Notes: generated by a model not told the origin, from the sequence alone. Positions 9,238 to 18,457 are shown, numbered from the stretch's first letter. The stretch is DNA of 37,657 nucleotides from a virus (IMGVR_UViG_3300037188_000089:1-37657); one strand, 5' to 3'. Made by a program: numbers and translations.

Positions 9238-10407
9238 TCAATACGTGTATTGCGCAAGGATCGCCGCCCCTCCCGCTGGAATCGAGCCAGGCAAGAACAC
9301 AATGAGCATCCCCGACGCCGTGTAGTTCGTCCCGGCCAGCTTCAGCGCTCCGTTCACCGTCACGATGACCGGCGTCAACGCCGGATAGCTCAAGGTGAAC
9401 AAGCCGTTGACGCCGTTCACTGCGCCCGCTGGCGTTTCGCTTCGGAACGTCCCCGCGCCCGTCAATAAGTCATCGTCCGACGAATCAAGCAACACGTTAC
9501 GCGCGATCACGGGACCGCCAGAGCGCAAGAACCGGTCGATGCGATGCTGCCAGTAGCTTTGCTCCAGCATCATGCGCTGGCCTGGCCGTTTGTCGTTCTC
9601 GAGATGAATCATCGCACGGAAGAACGCTGCGTACATCGCTTCGTACGCCGCCGCCTTCGCTAACGACCCGTTCGGCTTTTCTAGCTCTAGATCCGCCTTC
9701 GCCCCGGCAATCAGTGCCGAACTAGAGACGGCCGCAAGCGGCGCATCCGTCGTCGAAGAACCATCGAACGCTTCCGCCACGGCGTCGTATTTGATTGGAT
9801 AGCCCTGCGCGAGCGTGGGAACCGGGTAAAGTAATATCTGCTGAACCGTCGCGCCCGTCTGCCCGTCGACGCCGTCCGGTTGCGGCACGTAGCTCCCGGC
9901 GGGCTCATTCACCGCCAGAAACGATCCCTCTAACTCGCCAAACACGTCTTCGTCGATCGCGTCCAGGTTCGCGCCGTCTACAGGCGAGCTGATCGAGCGG
10001 AGGTTACGGCAGTCGTCCGGCAGTTGATAAAGCGTTTGCGCGAGCCAATACGCTCCGTACGCGGTGCCTTCAAAGGGTCGATCGAGCGTCAGTGACGTAG
10101 CGCTCAGTATCGTCACGGTGTAAACCGGACCATTGCCCAGGAAGAGCTGCCGACCGGACATGGCGGACGTCCACGCCGTACCGACGCCCGTTACCGCCGT
10201 GGAGCCCGTTGTGAGCGTGATCGCTCCCGCGCTGTAAGCCGCCGTCGTTCGAAGGACGGCGCTCGCCTCGATCGCGTGCCAGTTCATGAGCGACAGAATC
10301 AGCTCATAGCGCGCGTTGATGGCGTGATCGATTTGGTCGAGCGAGATCTGCGGGCCTGCGAACTTTTGGAGTAAGAGGCGGATTTGGCCCCAGGAATAAG
10401 ACGCCAT
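9238..10407 (-). CDS. Head-tail adaptor/ring protein paralog 1 with inserted beta domain and C-terminal Ig-like domain
   Basis: Start MASYSWG (10407); AINARY, YQLPDDC, LLYPVP motifs; VTGVGTAWT insert; ETPAGAVNGVNGLFTL tail. Confidence 0.7.
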   Translation of the reverse strand: MASYSWGQIRLLLQKFAGPQISLDQIDHAINARYELILSLMNWHAIEASAVLRTTAAYSAGAITLTTGSTAVTGVGTAWTSAMSGRQLFLGNGPVYTVTILSATSLTLDRPFEGTAYGAYWLAQTLYQLPDDCRNLRSISSPVDGANLDAIDEDVFGELEGSFLAVNEPAGSYVPQPDGVDGQTGATVQQILLYPVPTLAQGYPIKYDAVAEAFDGSSTTDAPLAAVSSSALIAGAKADLELEKPNGSLAKAAAYEAMYAAFFRAMIHLENDKRPGQRMMLEQSYWQHRIDRFLRSGGPVIARNVLLDSSDDDLLTGAGTFRSETPAGAVNGVNGLFTLSYPALTPVIVTVNGALKLAGTNYTASGMLIVFLPGSIPAGGAAILAQYTY

Positions 10408-10412
10408 GGCGG

Positions 10413-11243
10413 TTAGTAACTCTCCCCTGCGTAGATAGCGGCAATTTCCGGCTGCGTCAGAGCGCGGCTGTAGAACCGGACACCGACCGGGCCGCCGCCG
10501 TCCCACCAGCCATTGCCGGTTGTGCCGCAATCCGCCGAAATCCCGCAGCCACCGAGCCGCACAGCGCCGCTCATCGCTCCTGAAGTCGGCGCAGTGGGTA
10601 CGCTGGTCGGGCCCGCCACCAGCACGGCGTTGACATAAAGCGATTCGGTCGATCCGGTGTAAACGCCCGTCACCATCTGCCAGGGGTTTGTCGTGACGCA
10701 GGACGTGTAACCCCCGCTGGACGGTGAAGTCGTGCTGCTGCCCGTCACGAACGTGCCATGCACCACGAAGTTGAAATGCGTGGCCGCGCTATCTGAGCCC
10801 AAATAAAAACCCAAGAGGTAATCGTTATCCACAATGCGCGCGAAACCCGTGGCACTCGGACAGTTCGGCTGCACCCAGGCGCTCACGGTGAACGCGCCGG
10901 TGCCGAGCGTCGGGTTGGGCGAGAGGAGATAACTGTCAGGCGAACCCTTGTTCGAGTAGTAATCCTTCGCGCGCAATTTCCCGACCGCGAGTGGCTGCAA
11001 ACCGCCTATCGCCGTGGCGGTGAAACGATTGCCGCTTTGATCGTAGATCGTCGTCGAATTCCCGCTGCTCGTGGTTGCCGAGGGAAAGTAGAAGACCAGC
11101 GAAGAGTCGCGCAAGGCGTTACTGTTGCTGAAAGACTGGCTGCGCAGGTAGGACGCCCGCGCCACCGGCTGATTGTTGTAGCTCGTGTAGTTTTGCCCGA
11201 ACGCGCAAAAGCAGAGCGCTAAGAAAGAAATGGCTTTGTGCAT
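10413..11243 (-). CDS. LamG/concanavalin A-like lectin domain protein with signal-peptide-like N-terminus
   Basis: YDQSGN, FTVSAWV, WQMVTGVY, SLYVNA, VRFYSRALTQPEIAAIY. Confidence 0.85.
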   Translation of the reverse strand: MHKAISFLALCFCAFGQNYTSYNNQPVARASYLRSQSFSNSNALRDSSLVFYFPSATTSSGNSTTIYDQSGNRFTATAIGGLQPLAVGKLRAKDYYSNKGSPDSYLLSPNPTLGTGAFTVSAWVQPNCPSATGFARIVDNDYLLGFYLGSDSAATHFNFVVHGTFVTGSSTTSPSSGGYTSCVTTNPWQMVTGVYTGSTESLYVNAVLVAGPTSVPTAPTSGAMSGAVRLGGCGISADCGTTGNGWWDGGGPVGVRFYSRALTQPEIAAIYAGESY

Positions 11244-14200
11244 TTAGGGTCGCGTCCTCAATCCGATCACGACATCCACACTGCCCGCCGTCAGCGCGGC
11301 ACTCGTGGCGCCGACAAACGTAAAGGCCGCCACAATCGCCTGATTGGTGCGATCCGCCGCCGCGCCCGCATCCAGCCAGTAGTTATTGGTTGCATTGCCG
11401 ACTGAGCCGAAAATGTCTTGATTCGGCGAATACAAAAGCGGCGTGCCGGCGCCGGATTGTAAGCGCACCGTCGCCGCCGTAACCGAAGTGCCGGCAAAGG
11501 AAGTAGTACCCGAAATCTCTATGTAACAGATGCGCGTCGAGGTGCCCGCCATCGTGACAAGCGTCGAGGTCGGTGTCAGCGAAGCGGCGCCCGTCAGACT
11601 GCCGTATGCGATCACATATTTCGTAAGCGTGCATTGGTCGGACGCAAGCCGCGCATCGGGGAGTGTGCCGCTCGCGATGTTGCTCGCGTTCGTCGTGTCC
11701 GTCGTCGCTGACGCTGCTAAGCCGCTCACACCGCTAGCCGCAATGTTGGTGGCCGTGATCGTGCCCGTCCCGGTCGCCCCCAGAGTGCCGCCTGTACCAA
11801 CCTGCAACGTCGCCGTTGTGTTGACGCCGCTCGTGAGCGCCGAAAAGGCCGTGCCGCCGCCGACCGAGCCGCACGGCGCGCCCGCATCGCCTAAGTCGCC
11901 CGTGCCCGTCCAGTACGCGCAGTTGCCGGTTGCTGACGTAGCCGTCGCTGAAACTGTCTTCGACCCCGCGCCCGTAAAGCTCAGGGGAAGGTCGCCAGCG
12001 ACCAGCGTGTGAGCGACGACTGTGGTACCCGCCGCCGCGTAATAAGGGAACTGCCCCACTGTCCCGGCGGGCAACGTAGCGCCGCCGCTGCCGCAGGCCG
12101 CACCCGCATCGATCACGTTTCCGTTCGCGTCCCACTTCGCGCAATCGCCCGAGGTCAACGTGCCCGTCGTGGTAGCGGTCTTGCCGCCATTGCCGGAGTA
12201 AGGCGCGGTATAGGGAGAGAGCTGCATCGCCGCTTCGAAAGCGCGCTTGAGATCGATATGGCCTTGCGGGTTGGGGTGTAGCGAGTTGACGCCGCCCGAG
12301 CCCGAATTTGGATCCACCGTCGTCGTGTTCATATCCGCCACGCCCTCATCGTTCAAACAGCTATTGGCCACGCCGCCGACCGTGCCCTGCTGGGTGCAGA
12401 GGTAGTTCCGGACATTCACAAAGTAGACGCCTAAGCCGTCGCCCGCGAGCAGCGCCACGTCCGCCTGGACGTCGGCATCATAGGCCGCGAAAATCGTGGG
12501 GGATGTGTTGAATTGGGCGCGCGGAATGCCCGCGACGAACACCTTTGGTTCGTTGTAGTAGTGCTGCGCGGGCGGCGTGCCGATGGCTAGAATTTCGTTC
12601 GGGCCGGCCGTCACGGTGAAGACGATGGTATGCGCGCCCGCTGCGACGGGGACTCGCTTGACGAACCAGCCGTAGGTGACATGCGAGGCGATCGCAGGCG
12701 TCGAAAAGCCATTGACCGACACCGCGCCCGTCGCATCCACGTTGTAGGTGAAAGTGGAAGACGAGTTGGCGTCGCTCACGTAATACCAGAAGTAAATCGG
12801 TTTGCCGTAAGTGGTGATGGGGCAGGTTTTGACCGCTCCCGCGGCGCCAAGGTCGTTCGGAATCGCCCATTGCGTCGTGCCGTTGCCGCCGGCCTGATAG
12901 GTCCAGCTTCCGGTGTTCGTGCAGGTGCCGCCGTTACTCGTGCTGGTGATGTTGTATTTGTTCGCGATGGCGTTCCAGGAGATCATGGCTTGATGACTGG
13001 GCTCGAAAACGCCCGTCTCGTAGCTGCCCGTCCCCTTGTTGTTCGCGTCGTTGGTGCCGATCAGGTATGTGTAAATCGGCGAAAAATCCATGGCCTGTGG
13101 AACCGAGGGAACGTCTTTGATGAATACCTGCGTCGAACCAATGTCTGTGCTCGTGTAGCCGATTGTGGCTTCCATCGTGAGTGTTGATCGCGCGTCGGCT
13201 GCGAGCAGAGTGTCATAAGCGCAAGCGGGCAAAGTCGTGCCTGCGATCGCGCAAGCCAACCAGCCCGCCGTGATCGAATCACCGTGCGCCACGACGGAAG
13301 GGCTTTGGAGCACCGTTGACCGTCCGCCGCCGAGCGAGGTATCGAAGCCCGCAGAATTCACGACGTGCAAATTGTCGCCCAAGTCCGTATAGAGTTGGTC
13401 GTAGCCCGACGCCGGAAGCACTGGCGCGCTGAGTTGCTTGATGTCCAACATGGAAAATCTGTTCAGGCCGAGTAGGTCATTCGCCGTCGCTTTCAGCGGC
13501 ACGACCGAAGTCACGAGGTCGCAGATGCCGTACACGCCGCCGAAGTCCGCAGGCGCGCAATCGAGCCCTCCGGACGGACCCGCCGTAATCGCCGTGCCCC
13601 AGCTCGCGGTTGTCCCATTGGTATTGAGCGAAGCGCCGTTGAATCCGGTTTGCGTGGGGAGACTCGCGCCCCCGCCGCCCGAGCCGCAAGGGGCGCCCGC
13701 ATCGCCTAAGTCGCCACTCGCCAGCCACGTTACACAATCTCCCGACGTCCCGCCGGCTGCAGCCGTAGCCGCGAGCGCAGCCGTGCCCGTGCGCGGAATG
13801 TCCGCGAGGATGAGGTTGTGACCACTAACGACGGTTCCCGCGGAATTGTAATACGCGAATTGCCCGACGCCGCCGGTGTTGATCGTTCCCGTCCCGGTGC
13901 CGCTGGCCCCTGTTGCCCCTGTTGCGCCTGTTGCGCCTGTGGCTCCCGTTGGCCCCGTGGGCCCCGCTGGACCCGCTGGACCCGCTGGACCGACCGCGCC
14001 GGCCGCTCCGACGACATAGCCAGCGTCTAGCGGACCTCCCGAGCTGAGAGTAATGATGAGGTGACCCGAGCCATTGATCGACGCGCCGGTAACGGTTACG
14101 CCCGCGGCGCCCGCGGATCCTGTCGCGCCCGTTGGTCCTGCCGGTCCTGTCGCGCCCGTTGGTCCTGCCGGTCCCGTGGCTCCCGTGGCTCCCGTAGCGC

Positions 14201-14474
14201 CGGATCCACCTCCGCCGCCCGTTCCGCCGCCAGTGCCGAGCGCATAGCCGGACCCAGCCCAAGTGCCCGCTTTCGGACCATAGATGACCCAGGCCGCCGT
14301 GTCGATGTAGAAATCGCCGATACTGCCGAGCGAGTTTGAAGGCGGACCGCTGCCGTTCCAAATCGTGTTGACCGAGTGGGGATGCGTGCTGACGCTGCTA
14401 GATTGCGCACGCGCCGGCCTTGCGGCCACGCCCGCCAGCACAAGAGCGAGAATCAAAAGCCGAATGGCCGTCAT
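11244..14474 (-). CDS. Fibre/spike-like protein: signal-peptide-like leader, collagen Gly-X-Y repeats, SGNH/GDSL hydrolase domain
   Basis: Start MTAIRLL (14474); GATGPAGPT repeats; GDSIT, IGTND and LHPNPQGH SGNH blocks; repeated C..W...G.L.DAGAPCGS modules. Confidence 0.8.
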   Translation of the reverse strand: MTAIRLLILALVLAGVAARPARAQSSSVSTHPHSVNTIWNGSGPPSNSLGSIGDFYIDTAAWVIYGPKAGTWAGSGYALGTGGGTGGGGGSGATGATGATGPAGPTGATGPAGPTGATGSAGAAGVTVTGASINGSGHLIITLSSGGPLDAGYVVGAAGAVGPAGPAGPAGPTGPTGATGATGATGATGASGTGTGTINTGGVGQFAYYNSAGTVVSGHNLILADIPRTGTAALAATAAAGGTSGDCVTWLASGDLGDAGAPCGSGGGGASLPTQTGFNGASLNTNGTTASWGTAITAGPSGGLDCAPADFGGVYGICDLVTSVVPLKATANDLLGLNRFSMLDIKQLSAPVLPASGYDQLYTDLGDNLHVVNSAGFDTSLGGGRSTVLQSPSVVAHGDSITAGWLACAIAGTTLPACAYDTLLAADARSTLTMEATIGYTSTDIGSTQVFIKDVPSVPQAMDFSPIYTYLIGTNDANNKGTGSYETGVFEPSHQAMISWNAIANKYNITSTSNGGTCTNTGSWTYQAGGNGTTQWAIPNDLGAAGAVKTCPITTYGKPIYFWYYVSDANSSSTFTYNVDATGAVSVNGFSTPAIASHVTYGWFVKRVPVAAGAHTIVFTVTAGPNEILAIGTPPAQHYYNEPKVFVAGIPRAQFNTSPTIFAAYDADVQADVALLAGDGLGVYFVNVRNYLCTQQGTVGGVANSCLNDEGVADMNTTTVDPNSGSGGVNSLHPNPQGHIDLKRAFEAAMQLSPYTAPYSGNGGKTATTTGTLTSGDCAKWDANGNVIDAGAACGSGGATLPAGTVGQFPYYAAAGTTVVAHTLVAGDLPLSFTGAGSKTVSATATSATGNCAYWTGTGDLGDAGAPCGSVGGGTAFSALTSGVNTTATLQVGTGGTLGATGTGTITATNIAASGVSGLAASATTDTTNASNIASGTLPDARLASDQCTLTKYVIAYGSLTGAASLTPTSTLVTMAGTSTRICYIEISGTTSFAGTSVTAATVRLQSGAGTPLLYSPNQDIFGSVGNATNNYWLDAGAAADRTNQAIVAAFTFVGATSAALTAGSVDVVIGLRTRP
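11878..11900 (+). repeat. 23-bp exact direct repeat (second copy 13693-13715) flanking the SGNH domain
   Basis: GCGCCCGCATCGCCTAAGTCGCC at both sites, encoding GDLGDAGA. Confidence 0.85.
14118..14171 (+). repeat. 27-bp tandem duplication in the collagen-coding region
   Basis: TCCTGTCGCGCCCGTTGGTCCTGCCGG x2. Confidence 0.85.
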
Positions 14475-14490
14475 TGTGAGTTGTTTTTCC

Positions 14491-14916
14491 TTAGCTGGTG
14501 GTTTCCATTGACAACGAATACGTGTAGCTCGTCGCATCGCCTACGGCGATATTGACGTCCCACTGAACAGGCATAAAGCTATTGAGCGTGAAACGAGCGT
14601 TCGTGTTCACGTCCGCTGGTCCAACTTCATAGAAATAGAGTCCAACTGCCGTTATGGGCGTAGCGTCCGCCGCGATCACTACAGACAGGCCGCTTGCCTT
14701 GTCCCAGCCGCGGAGCTGCAGCGTCAAGCCGCCGGTGCCCGACGCCGCCGACACGCGCAGGTAAAAGCGCGCCGTCAGCATGTCGTACTCCATCTGCGGC
14801 CCGATTGGCAACGAGTTGCCATTCGAAACGGCGTTCAGGACGCCGCTCGTGGCCGTCGCCACCGTGCGCGCCGCTGAACGCAACAAGATGCGCTGATTGC
14901 GTGTTTTCTTGAGCAT
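14491..14916 (-). CDS. Small beta-rich virion structural protein
   Basis: 141 aa in the head operon; LLRSAART, ARFYLRVSAASGT, YTYSLS pattern of phage decoration-like proteins. Confidence 0.6.
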   Translation of the reverse strand: MLKKTRNQRILLRSAARTVATATSGVLNAVSNGNSLPIGPQMEYDMLTARFYLRVSAASGTGGLTLQLRGWDKASGLSVVIAADATPITAVGLYFYEVGPADVNTNARFTLNSFMPVQWDVNIAVGDATSYTYSLSMETTS

Positions 14917-14920
14917 CGCG

Positions 14921-15916
14921 TTAGCTCAGGACCAGGCCGCCGTTGCCTGGATTGATACAGATAGCCGCGCCAAGGCAATTCACGTAGACGGTTTGCACGC
15001 CGCTCCCCGTGTTGCCGATGACGAACTGTAAAGTTAGCTGGGGTGTTGCCGTTTCCGGATCACGATACGTGCCACCGATCACCGAGAGAGTGCCGGACGG
15101 CGCAATGCCGCCGCCGCTGCCGGTCGATAAACCTTGGTCGGCTGAAGCGAACACGAACGTCGAAGGCGTCGCGACAAAGTTCTTGTTGGAAGTCGCCACG
15201 GCGATTTGATCGCTGGCGAGAAGCCGGATCGCTTTGTTCGCGCCGCTGGGCGTCACAACCGGCAGACTGCCGTTGCTCAACGTCTGCGACGGATTCGCCG
15301 CGAGGTAAGCCGCCAGCGTCGCCGGATTGAAGAAGCCGATGATCGGTTCGCCCGTGTTCGGGACGAGATTGATCTGGGTCGTGAGGTTCGCCGCCGTCGG
15401 CGTTGTCCCTGAAGCGCCAACTGAAGCGATAGTGAGGGAAGCGTAAAGGGCGGCAAGCTGCTTATCGCATTGTGCCCCGGTCTTGATAGCTAGGCGCATG
15501 GCCAGATCGAACAAGAGCGTCGGGTTTTTATTCACCACGTCGATCGGTACGATCTCTTTCACGCTGATGTTTTGATCGAACCAGCTTGTCGTAGCGGGCG
15601 AAGCGATCGCGTTGACGCTAAACGTCCCGCCCGCCACTACAGCGCTTTGCACGACGCGGTAAGAGTTCGCGAGAATGACGCTTTGCTGAATCGCCAGTAA
15701 CGGCACGAGCTTTGCCAGGGCGCCGATCAGCGCCAGGCAATCGCTATTTTGCGGTGCGCCGAGTGTGGCCGCCGGCAGATTGGTCGGATACCAGTTTGTC
15801 GGCACGCGCGCCGCTGCGACCGGTTGGCCGCCGCGGCCGGCGACACCGACCGATGTCCCGCCGATCCGTAGTTCGTTTGTGACCGTGGCAGTGCCAAAGT
15901 GGGTAGATTTGCTCAT
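14921..15916 (-). CDS. Second, diverged capsid-like protein (P22 coat-like)
   Basis: DKQLAALYASL..VGASGT, FFNPATLAAYL, NKNFVATPSTFVFASA, RDPET..LTLQFVI, VYVNCLGAAICINPGNGGLV resemble recalled P22-coat motifs; AAGGGG RBS. Confidence 0.55.
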   Translation of the reverse strand: MSKSTHFGTATVTNELRIGGTSVGVAGRGGQPVAAARVPTNWYPTNLPAATLGAPQNSDCLALIGALAKLVPLLAIQQSVILANSYRVVQSAVVAGGTFSVNAIASPATTSWFDQNISVKEIVPIDVVNKNPTLLFDLAMRLAIKTGAQCDKQLAALYASLTIASVGASGTTPTAANLTTQINLVPNTGEPIIGFFNPATLAAYLAANPSQTLSNGSLPVVTPSGANKAIRLLASDQIAVATSNKNFVATPSTFVFASADQGLSTGSGGGIAPSGTLSVIGGTYRDPETATPQLTLQFVIGNTGSGVQTVYVNCLGAAICINPGNGGLVLS

Positions 15917-15954
15917 AGTTGTGTCCCCTTCGCAAAAGAAGGCGAGCGAAGCGC

Positions 15955-16878
15955 CTAAGCGCTCGGGCTCGCCGCCAGGCCGTAAAAGCTATTGAAGCCG
16001 GAAGAAAACTGCATCCAGCCGGCCGTCTTCATGGAACGCGATTCGAAGTCAACGCCGTGAACGGTGTTGAACGCTTCGCGATCGTACCAACGGCATTCGG
16101 TTTCGGAGGTGTCCGCCTTAATGCCCCAAGCGTGCGGATCGTTCAAGTAATCCCACACGATGATGTTCTCGAACGAACTCATACCCACGCGTTTTTTGAA
16201 CGCGTTGAGGGCGCGGTTCGCCGTGTCCGGGCGTTCGTCGCCCTTGAGCTGCTCGATGCCCACGAACTCCAGCTCCGGAGGAAGCCAAAGAGTCGTAGGA
16301 ACGATGCGCTGTCTCAGGCCGCGGTGATTAACCGTGCGGCGCATGAGTGTAAGAAGCGCGCGAATCGAGTCCACATCCGGATCAGCCGCGATCGCCAGCA
16401 TGTTCGATTGCACGCCGCCGCCCACTAACGGGTGCGCGGTCGAGAAAAGCGGTACGGCGTCAGGTCCAGGATAGAGGGAACTGAAGCCCATGTTGAAGTT
16501 GTAAGCCGCGCTGACTTCTCGGGTTTCATGAGCCGACTTGCCCAGCTCTTTAGCGAGCTTCGCGAAGACGCCGAACTGGTCGTTATCCATCGCAATCTTG
16601 GTGACCTTGAAGCCAAGACCGTACTGCAAGTGCAGGTACGTTTTACGGAAGCCGGGTAACGGCGTATCGTAACGAACGCCCACGCCTTCGCCAACGACTG
16701 GCACGGTGCCGAAGCCGGTGACCTCTGTCGTTTGCTCAATTGAGCGTTTCGACCCAGCGACACGGAAGAACTGCTGGTATTGGGGAGGGAACTGATTGTA
16801 CCGGTTCATGATGACTTCATCAATCGCCGGCAACATCGAAGTGAGGTTTAAATCGGGTAGTAACTGTCTGACTATCAT
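15955..16878 (-). CDS. Major capsid protein (HK97 fold, Mu gpT-like family)
   Basis: GFGTVPVVGEG.GVRYD, YGLGFKVT, LGKSAHETRE, PLFSTAHPL, LWLPPEL, WDYLNDPHAW, DFESRSMK; AGGAG RBS. Confidence 0.92.
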   Translation of the reverse strand: MIVRQLLPDLNLTSMLPAIDEVIMNRYNQFPPQYQQFFRVAGSKRSIEQTTEVTGFGTVPVVGEGVGVRYDTPLPGFRKTYLHLQYGLGFKVTKIAMDNDQFGVFAKLAKELGKSAHETREVSAAYNFNMGFSSLYPGPDAVPLFSTAHPLVGGGVQSNMLAIAADPDVDSIRALLTLMRRTVNHRGLRQRIVPTTLWLPPELEFVGIEQLKGDERPDTANRALNAFKKRVGMSSFENIIVWDYLNDPHAWGIKADTSETECRWYDREAFNTVHGVDFESRSMKTAGWMQFSSGFNSFYGLAASPSA

Positions 16879-16910
16879 TGTGTTGTCTCCTGAGAAGAGC
16901 CGTCGCGCGA

Positions 16911-17483
16911 CTAGACTCCAGCGCTCCCTGGTGCGTAGGCGTGTTTGAGAACCAACACTTCCACGATGGCGTTCGGATTTTCTGAGTTGGTGACTAAGCG
17001 GAGGAAATCCATAATCCGTAGATCTAGGCCCGCCGTCACAGCAATTGATGCAAAGCTCACCTGCATGGCGCTGATGAGCGAGCCGCTCGTCTGGGCCGTA
17101 TTGTTGACGTTGGCGTTCTTACCAACCGAGGCGGCTACCGTGACGGCACCCGTGCCATCTACTTGCGCTTCATAGAGCGCACCCGGATCGTCAACGACCG
17201 TGTGCCACGTTGCGACCGAAGCGGCGCCGTAATTCAGCGAAGAGCCAACGATGAGCGTGGTGCCGGGTGTGGCTGTGGCGAACGTCTGGACGGAGGCGGT
17301 AGGCAAGAGTTGCCCTTCCACTGGCGCCGACGTTGCCATCTTCCGAAGAAAGTCAAAGGTGTAAATTGCGTTTGCGTCGCTAGACGGTTTCGCGTACTGA
17401 TGCACGCCAACTGGCGCGCCCGCTGTATCCACCATCAACGGCTTGAAGCCGTGGGGGAAGTTTTGATTTATGAGTGCTGCCAT
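16911..17483 (-). CDS. Capsid decoration/cement protein
   Basis: NFPHGFKP, VVDDPGALYEAQ, VGKNAN, ISAMQV motifs typical of the gene before this MCP type; AAGGAG RBS. Confidence 0.7.
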   Translation of the reverse strand: MAALINQNFPHGFKPLMVDTAGAPVGVHQYAKPSSDANAIYTFDFLRKMATSAPVEGQLLPTASVQTFATATPGTTLIVGSSLNYGAASVATWHTVVDDPGALYEAQVDGTGAVTVAASVGKNANVNNTAQTSGSLISAMQVSFASIAVTAGLDLRIMDFLRLVTNSENPNAIVEVLVLKHAYAPGSAGV

Positions 17484-17571
17484 TCAGCGAAAGTCTCCTT
17501 CACAGTTGCGAAGCAGAACAGAAGCCGCCATACCAATCGAAACCCATAGCGGCCCCGCTCTCCATCGCCTG

Positions 17572-17585
17572 TCCGGTTAGTCGGA
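17572..17585 (-). promoter_or_regulatory. TCCGACTAACCGGA motif copy 2, heading the decoration-MCP operon
   Basis: Exact 14-mer, intergenic, 88 nt upstream of ATG 17483. Confidence 0.7.
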
Positions 17586-17625
17586 ATGGTCAACGATGCA
17601 ATTTGCGGGAACTACGCGCACCTGG

Positions 17626-17793
17626 CTAAAGGCGAATAGACGAACCGCCGAGCAGGAACGCGATCAGCAGGATGAGCAGGATCGCGCCAAGGCCAATGCC
17701 GAACCCGCCGCGATGGCCCCAACGGCCGTAGCCGTAGTAACCGCCACCGCCGCCGAAGACGACCAAAGCAATGATGATAAGCAGAATAATCAT
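17626..17793 (-). CDS. 55-aa Gly-rich two-TM membrane protein (DUF3309-like), absent from the ORF track
   Basis: MIILLIIIALVVFGGGGGYYGYGRWGHRGGFGIGLGAILLILLIAFLLGGSSIRL; AAGGGGA RBS. Confidence 0.8.
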   Translation of the reverse strand: MIILLIIIALVVFGGGGGYYGYGRWGHRGGFGIGLGAILLILLIAFLLGGSSIRL

Positions 17794-17805
17794 GGTGTGT
17801 TCCCC

Positions 17806-18453
17806 TTACTGTTCGGGCGGCCCTTCGCCGCGTTCGACGCTCACGCCCATCGCGTGATCTACGCCGTGCTTATTGACTGTTTCGCCTGGCCGCAAGAGTT
17901 CCAGCCCCATGCCTTTAGCCTGGGCGCGCAGCGCTTCGACCGCCTGCGCAGACTCATCGGTGATGTGACTGAGTTCTTCCTGCGAGTCTTTTACAACCTG
18001 GTTGCGTCGCCGCAACGCAATTCGCTCCGGGATCTCGCCGAGCACCATCGTTCCGAACCTCACCGGATCGCCTGCGCGGTCTTTCACGATGCGGTAGTCC
18101 CGGGTACCGAGGCGTGCGTTGACGGTGCTCGATAGTAACTTCACCGCGAAGCCAGGCTTCTGATACTGACGCTTCAGCGCTTCGAGCGGATCGCGCGTAC
18201 CGAGCGGATCATGGTCGAGATCGCCCCAGGCGTCCAGGTCTTTTTCCTTCTGGTCCAAGCCCATTTCCACTTTGGGGTAGCCGCTGGCCGCGCGTAAGGC
18301 ATCGAGTTCAAGCTGCTTCGCGAGCAGCTCTTCGTTCGATGGCCCGACGTTAACGTGCGAGAACGCCGCATCGGGCGTTGGGATAGCGACGCCGGCGGCC
18401 AGGATGGCTGCCACGTGAGCCGCTTGTTTCTTTGCTGTGTGTTGATTTGCCAT
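17806..18453 (-). CDS. Conserved head-module protein between scaffold and decoration genes
   Basis: Start MANQHTA (18453); KPGFAVKLL..DYRIV..VRFGTMVLGEIPERIA.RR motif. Confidence 0.65.
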   Translation of the reverse strand: MANQHTAKKQAAHVAAILAAGVAIPTPDAAFSHVNVGPSNEELLAKQLELDALRAASGYPKVEMGLDQKEKDLDAWGDLDHDPLGTRDPLEALKRQYQKPGFAVKLLSSTVNARLGTRDYRIVKDRAGDPVRFGTMVLGEIPERIALRRRNQVVKDSQEELSHITDESAQAVEALRAQAKGMGLELLRPGETVNKHGVDHAMGVSVERGEGPPEQ

Positions 18454-18457
18454 GACT

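Noticed and set aside
11864-13715. Diversity-generating retroelement TR/VR pair
   Set aside because: Repeat is short, differences are not adenine-specific, and no reverse transcriptase is in the window
15916-15957. Stop read-through fusing the MCP to the second capsid-like gene
   Set aside because: 38 nt separate the TAG from the next ATG (out of frame), no slippery heptamer precedes the stop, and the gene has its own RBS
17596-18135. 179-aa plus-strand ORF
   Set aside because: Antisense shadow of the DUF3309-like gene and 17806-18453
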